From contig OZ037767.1 of the NCBI GenBank assembly GCA_964035545.1, positions 16,735,581 through 16,799,580 on the forward strand: a stretch of DNA of 64,000 nt, read 5' to 3'. This DNA comes from Bugula neritina. Lineage: Eukaryota > Animalia > Bryozoa. Made by a program: the position numbers and the translations under genes. Shown piece by piece: positions 12,852 through 26,273 of this stretch; positions within the stretch are counted from its first letter, which is position 1; the number at the start of each line of letters is the position of its first letter. The notes under the pieces are model-generated. The model had not been told where the DNA came from. It worked only from the letters and a program-made list of their open reading frames with translations, and did not search any database.

Positions 12852-15800
12852 TTAATACCTACAAGACGGAGAGAGATATATTACTAGCAGCAAGGGCTGA
12901 ATACAACAACCTGCATAGACTGACTTCACGCCTCAAGTATGAGAGAAATCACAGGAAATGGTGACAGTCTACCCTGTAGACTCACTTAGCCTCTGGCCCT
13001 GGGGAGCTGCGTGTTGATGAAGGGGTGTAAAGTCTACTGCCCCGCATTCTGATCGAAGTGGCGGATGCGTCTATATATGCCATGTCCTTCAACTGCGACA
13101 TTGCACCTCTCCTCTGTATCTGTCCATTCTCCCTCGTAGTCCTCCCTGCCTTCTGCCACGTATTGTCTCCTCCTGCAACAGAGAACATTACAGCACGACG
13201 TGGAGACAACTGACATGTAGAGAACAGCTTCATGAAGAGAGAGAGCACAATAGTCTGACCGAATAACTCAGAATATGAAATAAAATCCTAACAAATTCAA
13301 AAACTAAATGAAAATAAGATGAATGAAACAGAAAAACATGTATAGGGAGAGTGAAAAGCCAAGTACATACTTCTTGAGTGTAAGGTTGGCGAGAGAAAAG
13401 CCCTGAGTAAAAATACACACAGAGAACTGAGTCTAAGACCTGGTAACATGTTTCTAGTTGTTTACATGTAACAGCAGTGAGTGCCAGTCAGTGAGTGTAA
13501 CGGCAGCAGATAGGTGAGCCGCTGACGGCTACTTACCTGTCACCAGGTGACGTCTGCTTTAGAGTCTCCACACCTGTGAATACGACAGCCGATCCTCCGG
13601 TGGCCGTGGGCTTAACATCTCCCTACAGAGTAGAGTATACAGAGTAGAGTACACAGAGTATACAGAGTAGAGTATGCAGAGTAGAGTATACAGAGTAGAG
13701 TAGAGTATACAGAGTAGAGTATACAGAGTAGAGTATACAGAGTAGAGTATACAGAGTAGAGTATACAGAGTAGAGTATACAGAGTAGAGTATACATAGTA
13801 GAGTATACAGAGTAGAGTATACAGTGTAGAGTATACAGAGTAGAGTATACAGAGTAGAGTATACATAGTAGAGTATACATAGTAGAGTATACAGAGTAGA
13901 GTATACAGAGTATACAGTGTAGAGTATACAGAGTAGAGTATACAGAGTAGAGTATACAGAGTAGAGTACACAGAGTATACAGAGTAGAGTACAGAGTATC
14001 CAGGTAAAGTACCTTGACTAATTTAGTCTGCAGGTTGCCCTGTGCGTCAGAGTCCTGCGTAGTCAGTATGTAACGACTAGCTTTGTTTGTGTCCTTCACC
14101 TCCAACTTGCCCACTGACTTCTTGTGTTTCATCTTTGGCTGCAGGACTGTTTCCAGAGGAGCTATAGCCTCAGGCCTGTGGTCTAACCACTTCTCTCCTA
14201 CAGACTTGGATCTCCGGTGATTACGGATGGGTGTCTACACACAGCAATCTTCAGGTTACACATGCTAAGTACAAGGACGTTTACTCACACTAGTCACATG
14301 ACACTAGTCACATGACACCAGTCACATGACATCTCACTAGTCACATGACATCTCACTAGTCACATAACATCTCACTAGTCACATGACATCTCACTAGTCA
14401 CATGACACTAGTCACATGACATCTCACTAGTCACATGACATCTCACTAGTCACATGACATCTCACTAGTCACATGACATCTACTCACAGGACGATGACCT
14501 CCAGCTGAGGGAGACGAAGCTCGCTGTCTCTGAGGCAGCATATTCTTCACTGTAGACCTGGTAGTTGGTCTGCTCGCCCTCTCTGGAGCCCCCTTGGACC
14601 GGCTGGAGGCGGTGGGGGTGGCGTAGCTGGGGGTGGCAGTGGTAGACCTGGCACCTCCTCGCTGAAAGTCAAACGCAGCAAGTCATGGTAATATGTATGT
14701 AGAGAGTGGATATAGCAATATACCCGGGGGGAGGGAAGGAGTGGATATAGGTACATACCAGGGAGAGGGAAGGAGTGGATATAGGTACATACCGGGGGAA
14801 GAGAAGGGGTGGAGCGAGCCAGTTCTCCCGACAGTGACTCGATGTCGCTCTGGTTCACAATGTTCTTGAGGAGGCGGAGTTTCCTGTCCTTGACGGTGAG
14901 GTTTTCCTGAGCTTCCTGTTGGATCCGCTGCTTTTCCTGCTCCAGTTGATGTTCATACTCCACCTCTGCCTGCTCCACCTGCACCACAACAACACAGTGC
15001 ATAGCGGTGACATCATATCATATAATAATGACAAAACCTGAACAGGAGAAAGCGGGGATAGGTGAGAATATAATAAGGACACAACGCAGACCTGCTTCTC
15101 ATACTGAGCACGTAGTTTTTCTCTCTCGTAGTCCGTCTTGTGCAGCGCCATGTTCTTGTTGTGCAGTTTGTCGCCGAGATGGCGGTTGTCTTGCTCCAAG
15201 TGAGACAGTTTCTGTCTGAGTGTCCTCAGCTCCTTCTTCAGCTTGTCAGACTCCCTCTCTCTCTCGGCTATCACCGTGTCTCTGTCGGCTATCACAGTGT
15301 CTCTCTCCGACACGGCGCCACACAGCCTCGTGTTCTCCTCACGCAACGTCTGCAGCTCTTCTTCAACATTCACCAGCAGCTCCCGGAATGACGCCTCTGT
15401 TGGTAATATATTATACTCTGATATAATATACTATAATATACTGTAATATGATGTACTGTAATATAATATATTGTAATATAATACACTGTAATATAATACA
15501 CTGTAATATAATATACCGTAATATAATATACTATAATATAATTTACTGTGATATAATATTAATACTTATAGATATTAGACTATGTACTGTAAAAAGCAGA
15601 TTAATGGATATTAGATTATATAGACATTAGAATATACAGACATTAGGATAAATAGACATTAGATTATATAGACATTAGAATATATAGACATTAGATTATA
15701 TAGACATTAGGATATATAGACATTTGAATATATAGACATTAGATCATATAGATGCTAGACATATAGATGCTAGACTTATAGATGTTAGATTGAAAGGTGA

Positions 15801-18800
15801 CATACGCTTTCTCTGAACCACCTCCAGCTCCTTGCGTTTCATTTCATGGATATTGTCTAAATAGTTGGAAAGGGCCACCAGATCAGCATCTGATTCGTCC
15901 ATTGGGTCCATCTGTGAGGGTATATCACAGTGTATTACTACGCAGTGTATTATTACGCAGTGTATTACTATGCAGTGTATCACTACGCAGTGTATCACTA
16001 CGCAGTGTATTACTACGCAGTGTATCACTACGCAGTGCATCACTACGCAGTGTATCACTATACAGTGTATTACTACGCAGTGTATTACTACGCAGTGTAT
16101 CACTACACAGCGTATCACTACACAGCGTATCACTACGCAGTGTATTAGTACACAGTGTATCACTATACAGTGTATTATTACGCAGTGTATTATTACGCAG
16201 TGTATTACTATGCAGTGTAATACTATGCAGTGTATCACTACGCAGTGTATTACTACGCAGTGTATTACTACGCAGTGTATCACTACGCAGTGTATCATTA
16301 CGCAGTGTATCACTACACATGAATACAATAGTACACCACATAACAGACACAGTCATATTAAGGTTCACATACCGGGAGCTCAGGAAAAGGAGGTAGACTG
16401 TAAATCTCGGAAAGAGGGACGGGGGCGGGCGGCATACGCCCCAAACTGTTCATCTTCTTAGACGGAGGTTGAGACTCGTGGGCGGACACGGCAGCTGGAC
16501 GTCTGCGACTCCTGTGAGTCAGCTGCTGCTCGGCAAACTTTGGTTTATCTTGAGCTCGGTGAACCTGCACTTCCTGTGCGGCCTCGGAGAACCGCATGAC
16601 GTGCTGCAGCAGACGTACAGACAGACGTACAGCTGTGTTGTATCATATAGATATGTTAAACATGAATAAACGAGAAACATGTCCTTTATTTACCTCTTTG
16701 TTTATCCGTAATACTGATTTACTTTGATAAAGTAGTAAACAAAAAAATGTTTCTCGTTTATTTTTTAATTACACGATAAGGATATATTCAATAGATGCAT
16801 TATATTATATTTAGTAATATATCCGTTACATTATATTATATAGATAGTAATATGCATGTTATATTATATTAGATGGAGGTAGTAATATATCCTATTATAT
16901 TATATGAATATGAATACACTCACCACTGTCTCGTCATACTCGGCTGCCTTAGGATTGACACACACAATCATCCTTACTTTCCCTTCTCCATCAAAGTAGT
17001 TCTTGAACAGATGAGTGATCTTCGAGTCTCTGTACGGCACCATCTAAATCACATGACATACCGAGGTGTAAACTACATCACATGACACACCGAGGTGTAA
17101 CTACATCACGTGACCCCTGACCTTGTTATTGGAGCTCTTCTGGTTCTCTCTGAGAATGTCTATGCACTGTCTCAGCACCATGAGACTCTGGTTAATCTGT
17201 CCCGCCTCCTTCAGCCTCTCTCCGGAGCTCTTGGTGCGGTTAGTCCTCTCACTTCCTGCCAGATCGACCAATGAGAGCTGGCTGACAACTACCTTGCTTT
17301 TGTCCTACAGTATGCAGTATACAGTACGTGTAACTTACAGTATACAGTACAGTGTACAGTATACAGTACGTATAACTTACAGTATAAAGTACGTGTAACT
17401 TACAGTATAAAGTACGTGTAACTTACAGTATACAGTACGTGTAACTTACAGTATACAATACGTGTAACTTACAGTATACAGTACGTGTAACTTACAGTAT
17501 ACAGTGCGTGTAACTTACAGTATACAGTATGCAGTACGTGTAACTTACAGTATACAGTACGTGTAACTTACAGTATACAGTACGTGTAACTTACAGTATA
17601 CTCCACTACTTAGAGTAGAGCTGATAGACCGCCATGCAAGACTTACCATCATCAGGTTGTTACCAGACGGATCTAAAGGGGCCTGTACCAGTCTAATGTT
17701 GAACACACTGTGACTCCGACTAGACTCTGCGTTCAGCACTGTGTGGGCTACTTTCCTTCTCTTCTGACCTAGACACAGAGTTACTCTAGCTAGTATGACT
17801 GACAGTAGCAGTTACTCTAGTTAGTATGACTGACAGTAGCAGTTACTCTAGTTAGTATGACTGGCAGTAGCAGTTACTCTAGTTAGTATGACTGGCAGTA
17901 GCAGTTATTCTAGCTAGTATGACTGACAGTAGCAGTTACTCTAGTTAGTATGACTGACAGTAGCAGTTACTCTAGTTAGTATGACTGGCAGTAGCAGTTA
18001 CTCTAGTTAGTATGACTGGCAGTAGCAGTTATTCTAGCTAGTATGACTGACACAAATCGTAACTGTTAGCGCTAAACAACAAACTAATACCACTAGTCAC
18101 TATAATGATAAGTACACAAAGCAGTGAAATCTGTTGGTATTTGAAATGAGCTACTAGAGTTACAATAATGCATTTCATTCTATTATTTTATAATAAATAA
18201 TTCCTACCTTAGGTTATGTTGTTACATTACATCATCTTGTAACATAATGTAATATTATGTTAGGTAACTTTTATCCTATTATATAATATATCATTATATT
18301 ATATTATAATATATTGTTACTATACTATATGTATGCTAGTTTAAGTCACTGTACTGTATTATATTATATTATATTACAACATGTATCAGATCATATTATA
18401 CTACTTGATATTTTAACTATTTTAACTATATTACCTTACACTATATTATATTACAATATATAATATTATATCACATGTAGTACACTAACCTCTCACGAGA
18501 ATATCAAAGGCCTCTTCAGTAGATTTCACTTCCACCTCCGAGACGTTATGTACAAACATCACCCTCGACAAGTCCTCTCTGTATAACGTAGCGGAATATG
18601 TTACATGAGCAGCCGATAGGATGCTACCTTAGTATTATACAGCCAATAGGAAACTACCTTAGTATAGTATAGCCAATAGGAAGCTACCTTAGTATTTTAC
18701 AGCCAATAGGATGCTACCTTAGTATAGTACAGCCAATAAGATGCTACCTTAGTATAGTACAGCCAATAGGAAACTACCTTAGTACTGTACAGCCAATAGG

Positions 18801-21800
18801 ATGCTACCTTAGTATAGTACAGCCAATAGGAAACTACCTTAGTATTATACAGCCAATAGGAAACTACCTTAGTATAGTACAGCCAATAGGAAACTACCTT
18901 AGTGTAGTACAGCCAATAGGAAACTACCTTAGTATTTTGCTCTGTGGAGGTTTACTGCCAGTTATGGGGTCGTAGGGTAGCTCCTCTAGCAGGTCGTAGA
19001 TGTAGTTGTTGTAGATCTCAATGAACGAGACGAACACCGCGTACTGCCCGTCCTTATCAATGTCAAGGACAATGGAGGGGTCTCTTTGTCTATCCGCGTA
19101 GTCCGCTAGTTGTCTGTCCCTGTAACACGGTGAGAGTACAAACAGCAGAGTAAATAGGGGAGTCGTAGACAGTCTAAGTGCCTTCTACAACTATACTACA
19201 CGCTGACTGACCTGAGCTTGCCTTTGCCAGGTAACACTTCCTGTTGCTGCCGCCACAACATGGCGTCCGCTTCCGACTGAATGTTGAACCCGTTCTGCTT
19301 GTCGGGCATAAATACCTGCAATACACACAGTATACTATATACAGTATACTATATACAGTATATAGTATACTGTATATAGTATACTGTATATAGTATACTG
19401 TATACAGTATACTATATACAGTATACTATATACAGTATATAGTATACTGTATATAGTATACTGTATACAGTATACTATATACAGTATACTATATACAGTA
19501 TATAGTATACTGTATATAGTATACTGTATACAGTATACTATATACAGTATACTGTATATAGTATACTGTATACTATATACTGTATACAGTATACTATATA
19601 CAGTATATAGTATACTGTATATAGTATACGGTATATGCTATGTACAGTACATATACTATCACACAGTAGATATACCATCACACAGTGTATAATGCAGAGA
19701 AACTCACGTATTTCATAGCCTGAACTCCTTTGATGCTGTTGAAGACCATATCGAGACAGCGGGGGAGTATCCCCTGATCTTCACCTGAGCCGGCCATTGT
19801 GAATGTCTTACCTGATGAGGTTATTCCATACGTGAAGAGGAGGCCTGAGCAATACAAACACTATACTGTAGTAATACAAACACTATACTACAGTAATGCA
19901 AACACTATACTATAGTAATACAAACACTATACTATAGTAATACAAACACTATACTGTAGTAATACAAACACTATACTGTAGTAATACAAACACTATACTA
20001 TAGTAATACAAACACTATACTGTAGTAATACAAACACTATACTAGAGTAATACCAACACTATACTAGAGTAATACAAACACTATACTGTAGTAATACAAA
20101 CACTACACTATAGTAATACAAACACTATACTAGAGTAATACAAACACTATACTGTAGTAATACAAACACTATACTAGAGTAATACAAACACTATACTATA
20201 GTAATACAAACACTATACTAGAGTAATACAAACACTATACTATAGTAATACAAACACTATACTAGAGTAATACAAACACTATACTGTAGTAATACAAACA
20301 CTATACTGTAGTAATACAAACACTATACTATAGTAATACAAACACTATACTAGAGTAATACAAACACTATACTATAGTAATACAAACACTATACTGTAAT
20401 AATACAAACACTATACTGTAGTAATACCATTTTTCCCTCTCACGAGGTCGTCTATAAGAGGAGCTCCGACGCAGTCAAACAAATGTTTCTGTGAAGTTGT
20501 CTCCCCAAACACTCTGGTAAACTTGTAGTGCATCTGAAACCCAGTAATTATATAGAAAGAGTGGCGGAAACATTCGGCTGAGTGAAGAAATATATTTATA
20601 ACTTCAATAAGTGATTTTGTAAAAGATGATTAAAATAGCTCATTGCGTGATTTCTTTTATAACACAGAAGTGAGTAGGAGTGGTATTGTTAGTGCACACC
20701 ATGTGCGAAGCTGGAAATATTTGAGCGAAACACAAACTAGATAGAACAAGCCAGTCCACACTTACTAGGAGAGAGGGCAACTTCACACTTACTAGGAGAG
20801 AGGACAACTTGTTAGTGCACACCATGTGCGAAGCTGGAAATATTTGAGCGAAACACAAACTAGATAGAACAAGCCAGTCCACACTTACTAGGAGAGAGGG
20901 CAACTTCACACTTACTAGGAGAGAGGACAACTTCACACTCACTAGGAGAGAGGACAACTTCACACTCACTAGGAGAGAGGACAACTTCACACTCACTAGG
21001 AGAGAGGGCAACTTCACACTTACTAGGAGAGAGGACAACTCAACAAAACTATATTATCACAACTAATAGATTGCATTATTAGATAGATTTGCGTGGAAGC
21101 TGAAATTTGTGTGAATCGTGAAAGTCTAGCTTGAGAGAAATAAGAGATAGAAAAGAGAAACATAATATATGACATGTTATATATATTATGTTTGTATTGT
21201 AACACAATATATATAACATAATAAATATATAATATGTGCTATATCGCGAGATTACCAGGGGTGGTGGGTTACTTGGGTTCCAGTATCTCTTCAATGAAGA
21301 ATACAATTAGATGTTATAAAACAGTTACACAGGATATTGTGTGGTACATGTAAGAGTACTAAGTAAGAGTGAGTAGATGGAGTAATGAGCTACATCAACA
21401 GTTGAGTAGAGGGAGTTATATCAACAGTTGAATAGAGAGTATATCAACAGTTGAATAGAGAGTATATCAACAGTTGAGTAGAGAGTATATCAACAGTTGA
21501 ATAGAGAGTATATCAACAGTTGAATAGAGAGTATATCAACAGTTGAGTAGAGAGTATATCAACAGTTGAGTAGAGAGTATATCAACAGTTGAGTAGAGGG
21601 AGTTATATCAACAGTTGAGTAGAGGGAGTTATATCAACAGTTGAACAGAGAGTATATCAACAGTTGAATACAGGGGAAAATACATGAGTTAGACAATTAT
21701 AATATACAATTAAATTGAACAGAAGAGAGGGTTGCACTCAGTTTGCTTACCTCTACTTGAGTCTTTGTCTATAAAACCAAGAAGGAAACATACACTGTAC

Positions 21801-21841
21801 ACTGTATGTTGTTTGTGTGTGCGCGTAAGTCATACAGACAC

Positions 21842-21874
<33 letters not shown>

Positions 21875-22907
21875 GAGAGTACTTACATCACAGGGGGAGA
21901 CCTGCACCGTCTGGTCATCCAACATTTTCACACATTTCTCTGCTACATCCAGGGGCCTGATTCTGCAGTAGACCTGCAAGGGGCAGGAGACAATTGACTC
22001 GTTAACTATTATAACTCACTCACTACTATTACTCACTCTACTACTATGACTCACTCTACTACTATGACTCACTCTACTGCTATGACTCACTCTACTACTA
22101 TTACTCACTCTACTACTATGACTCACTCTACTACTATGACTCACTCTACTGCTATGACTCACTCTACTACTATGACTCACTCTACTACTATGTCTCACTC
22201 TACTACTATGACTCACTCACCTCAACAGGGTCAAGGTCAGTGCTGCCGGAGTCAGAATTGTCACTCTTCGGAGCGTGTCTGGAGGGAGTTCTTCCGGGAG
22301 TCTGAGCCTTCCGGGCATTTCCTCTTCTGAAACACACATATGTGGTATACTTAGGTGGTGATATACTTAGCTTATACTTAGCTGGTGATATACTTAGCTG
22401 GTGGTATACTTAGCTGGTAGTATACTTAGGTGGTGGTATACTTAGCTGGTAGTATACTTAGCTGATGGTATACTTAGCTGGTAGTATACTTAGGTGGTGG
22501 TATACTTAGCTTATACTTAAGTGGTGATATACTTAGCTGATGGTATACTTAGGTGGTGGTATACTTAGCTGGTGGTATACTTAGGTGGTGATATACTTAG
22601 CTGGTGGTATACTTACTTGTTAGGTGGTGGTATACTTAGCTGGTGGTATACTTAGCTGGTGATATACTTAGCTGGTGGTATACTTAGCTGGTAGTATACT
22701 TAGCTGGTGGTATACTTAGCTGGTAGTATACTTAGCTGATGGTATACTTAGCTGGTAGTATACTTAGGTGGTGGTATACTTAGCTTATACTTAAGTGGTG
22801 ATATACTTAGCTGATGGTATACTTAGGTGGTGGTATACTTAGCTGGTGGTATACTTAGGTGGTGGTATACTTAGCTGGTAGTATACTTACTTGTTAGGTG
22901 GTTTCAT
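12852..22907 (-). CDS. KIF23: Kinesin-6 KIF23 / MKLP1 (pavarotti), ~21 coding exons
   Basis: ATG at 22907 (MKPPN). Motor motifs VYCRIRP (~21970), [11 protein letters not shown] (~19820), [11 protein letters not shown] (~17730), LVDLAGSER (~17260), VPYRDSKIT (~17030). Coiled coil at 14793-15396. C-terminal MKLP1 tail ([14 protein letters not shown]...[42 protein letters not shown]). Stop inferred at 12852-12854. Confidence 0.93.
13624..14000. repeat. 14-bp array filling a KIF23 intron
   Basis: agagtagagtatac repeated from the acceptor to near the donor. Confidence 0.95.
14288..14487. repeat. 19-bp array starting at a KIF23 donor (GTCACATGAC core)
   Basis: actagtcacatgacatctc, ~10 copies. Confidence 0.9.
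15924..16318. repeat. 15-bp array next to a KIF23 acceptor
   Basis: cagtgtattactacg, ~26 copies. Confidence 0.95.
17306..17601. repeat. 23-bp array next to a KIF23 acceptor; contains GTAAGT on the sense strand
   Basis: tacagtacgtgtaacttacagta, ~12 copies. Confidence 0.9.
17780..18052. repeat. 31-bp array next to a KIF23 acceptor; contains TACTAAC on the sense strand
   Basis: gttactctagttagtatgactgacagtagca, ~9 copies. Confidence 0.9.
18610..18936 (-). repeat. 30-bp array containing a KIF23 exon end plus donor, ~11 copies
   Basis: Minus strand ATACTAAG|GTAGTTTCCTATTGGCTGTACT; the real junction is 18928/18927. Confidence 0.95.
19851..20427. repeat. 22-bp array occupying essentially a whole KIF23 intron
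   Basis: aatacaaacactatactgtagt, ~26 copies, from the donor (20427) to a few nt before the acceptor (~19846). Confidence 0.95.
20687..21040. repeat. Composite repeat: a 27-bp array plus a ~123-bp duplication (mid-intron)
   Basis: cttactaggagagaggacaacttcaca units; block ttgttagtgcacacc...ccagtccaca present twice. Confidence 0.9.
21394..21670. repeat. 23-bp array with near-palindromic core TCAACAGTTGA
   Basis: tatcaacagttgaatagagagta, ~12 copies. Confidence 0.9.
22013..22220 (-). repeat. 18-bp array of GTGAGT-containing units starting at a KIF23 donor
   Basis: actcactctactactatg, ~11 copies; junction 22221/22220. Confidence 0.9.
22342..22900 (-). repeat. 16-bp array derived from the donor of the first KIF23 coding exon
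   Basis: gtggtatacttagctg units, with a full internal copy of the junction (tatacttacttgttaggtgg) at ~22608-22627. Confidence 0.92.
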
Positions 22908-23434
22908 GGTTACTTGTGGAGCCAAAAGTACTTTTACTTTGATGAGGTCACATTCAGCAACTGTTCAAAGATTAAAATATTTTATATTCAAGGAATAAAA
23001 CTCAAATTTTTACCATGTTAGTTTCAGTCTTACAGTAACTCTACTTGGATAAGTAAACTTATATGTTGTTTCTTATAATGATGGTGACTACCAGTAACTC
23101 TAAATCATGTAGTAAATGCAATGTTGTAATAGTAGCTGTAATAGTAATACCAACAATGCTACAGTTATCAACTTGGACTATATATTTATTTTTAATTTGA
23201 ACAGTTAAATGTATAAATTATAGTCTTTATTAAATGGTAATATTAATATTTACGATCGTCATGATCATTACATTAAGTATTTATATTTACTATTATTACC
23301 TACAAGTAAAGTGCTAGTATATAGTTATTCTATATAAGTATAGCTTAATGTAAAACTTCAACAATAACCAATAGTTGTAGCATTAGTAATACTATAGTCT
23401 ATAATTGTACTTATAGTAAATGCAATACAATAAG

Positions 23435-24374
23435 ACTAAGTTCTCAGATGAAGTTCAATATAAATAAATGTGAGCATATGACAATTCAACGCTCCACTGT
23501 AAATCCTCTAGTGTCTCAATACAGCATGAATAATGACCCCTTACAATGTGTTGACAAAGTATTATACCTTGGTGTCACGATTGATAATAAACTGTCATTC
23601 GATCAACATATAATAAACATTTGCTCAAAAGCTAATAAATTATTACACATGCTGATGCGCTGTCTAAAAAAGGCTAAAAGTAAAACCAGAGCCATAGCTT
23701 ATAAAACAGTCTGTCGCCCTATACTAGAATTTGCGACCCACACCTGGTCTCCATTTAAATTGAAAAACATCAACATCATAGAAGGTATAAATAGAAAAGC
23801 CTTCAGGTGGACATTCTGTAAGAGAAAACGAGATCATATAACTGAGCTCATGACAAATTCTAATTGGGATAGCCTTGCACAAAGACGTGACAATGCAGAC
23901 CAAAAAATGTACTTTCGTATGCTTTCTGGTAGTGCCGCTATAGACCAAGACCGGTTCTCCCTTCATTTTGCAGAGTCTCACAATACCAGACATGGTGCTA
24001 TTAAGGGCAATATCAATACCAAAACTGCCAAACATTCATATAAACATCGCATCCATAAACTTTTCTAATGATTCTAGCTGCTTTGCCTAACTGATTATAA
24101 GCACTTAACACCGATTCTGCTTTATATCATCTGAAGCTGTGCGGTGCATATTTATTTATTTATTTACTTTTTTTTTCTTTTTCTTTTTTTTTCTTCTGGC
24201 AGTAGCTAGCTATTGAGCTTTGAATCAAAGCATAATTAACTATATTTTTATCTCGTAGACAAAATGGTTTTCTTCCTTACTACTGATAATCTAAACAATT
24301 GTTCATACACCACTGCATCTCGATAAAGGAGCCAAAGCGCTCCGAGTGAGATTAATTAGATGAGATGAGATGAA
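23435..24374 (+). mobile_element. 5'-truncated non-LTR retrotransposon (CR1/L2-like): RT C-terminal region, 3' UTR and (GATGA)n tail
   Basis: ORF 23448-24068 has QMKFNINKC, YLGVTIDNKLSFDQHI, SKANKLL, AYKTVCRPILEFATHTWSP, typical of the post-RT thumb region of CR1/L2 LINEs. It ends in a short tandem tail, gatgagatgagatga (24359-24373). Possible short TSD aataag (23429-23434 / 24373-24378), uncertain. Confidence 0.85.
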
Positions 24375-26273
24375 TAAGTCATAGTCAGTAATGATTATTA
24401 AATTTAACAACTAAGATCATAATGATAATATTGTTGATTTTTTTAAGTAAGTAATAATTATACGTATAGTTAAGAGTATAACTATTAGTATATAAGTTAG
24501 TTTTATTCATACTGAAACTCATAGTTATACTCATGTTAATACTGACAGTAATACCAAGAGTCAGACTAAGATTAAGAATGAGTCTAATACTTATAATAAT
24601 AATTATATAGTTATACTTATAGCTTATACTTATAGGCTCATACTTATAGGTATAGTAAATGTAGTGCTTATAGTTAAAGATTTATACTGATACTTATAGT
24701 AATGGTTATACTGAGAGTGATACTCACACTCAGTCATAGTGATACACTTATATTTACAGTATGACTATGAGTATCAGTATGATTATCATCAATGTCATAC
24801 TGATAGTCAAACTCAATGTCATACTCATAGTAATACTAATAGACAATAGTAATAGTAAATTACTAAAAGTGATACTGATAGCATTGCCATTAGTAATAGT
24901 GATACTCTCACTTTGACTTTTAGTTTCAGTTAAACTTAATCATAATGTCATACTTATACAGTTACTGTTAGTTAAACTTAATGTTATACTGATACTAATA
25001 GTAATAATAAATCACTAAAAGTAAAACTTAATGTAATACTTATTTTTTATTAATATTACCCTAAGTTATTTCTTACAGTTATAGTTTTAGTAATAGTTAA
25101 TAACTATAACTATAAGTTATAGTTACACTTAATCTTATACTTATAGTTATTCTTCATTTTATAAGTATAATAATCACTTTATACTTTAACTTATACTGTT
25201 ATAGTTATAAGTAATATTAATTATTACCATTAAATAAATCATTAAATTTAATATTATATTAATATTTATAATTATTATAAATTAAAATAATTATTAATTC
25301 ATTTATTAATAATTCAAATTGAATAACTTATTCAGTTAATGTTATACTTATTGAGTTAAACTTAAAGTTAATCATAATGTTTAAGGTATACAATAAAGAT
25401 AAACTTAAGCTGTAAAGAAACAAACAACTTGTAACCTATAAATGATTATATTATCGATACATTATTTGATAAAAAAAGTTAACAATTGCAGATAGTACTA
25501 GAAATAATGCTATTGATAGCAGTGATATTTGTAGTTGTCGGTTTTTGGGCATGGCGCTCATTTAGCAATAAACCAATCACAGTCAAGTATGCGAAATTCA
25601 TTTCATTTCGAATAATAGATGTAAACATTTGCGCCGTCAGTTTATTGTATTTTTAAAATTTTAAATAAAATACATATTTTTTTATCAAATTTTAATTTAT
25701 TAAGTATGCGCAAACACTATAAACTTTTGTTGAAAATGGTTTTGTTACCGTTTTGCGGGTAAAAGCCTTTCAGTTTCCAAACATGGCGTCTTATAGTAAA
25801 CACAAAAGGTAAAAATTATGCTTTCTAAAATATATAGTGCTGAAGGCAATTATCTTGATCCCCGTGACTAATACGTTCATTAATTTTCAAGACTTTAAGT
25901 AACTAAAAAATAAACTTATAGCACTATCATGCTTCCACACAACTTCAATTCAGTTTCAACTTTTCAGCTTTGTGGCAGTTTCTAATTTCTAAAAGTAAAT
26001 ATAATTCTATGTCTGTGGCATATCTAATTTTATATTGTTACTCATTATTATTAAAAAGATTTATTGTAAGGTAGATAATGTCTAATATGAAAGTTAGGCT
26101 ACTTTACAGACCTTTGAGTTTTACTTACACTCTGTAAGTTTTTTTTTAAACTAAGGCTCTACAAATGGTTTCTTTTAGAACTTGCCTATTAGATTATACT
26201 TTTGCAGCACAGATAACTAGCTCAAAATGCTAGAAGACATTTCTATTCGTTAAAACAGACAGCTACGGTCACA

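Noticed and set aside
23448-24068. Host protein-coding gene
   Set aside because: The sequence is the C-terminal part of a LINE ORF2 lacking the catalytic RT core, and it has a 3' tandem tail.
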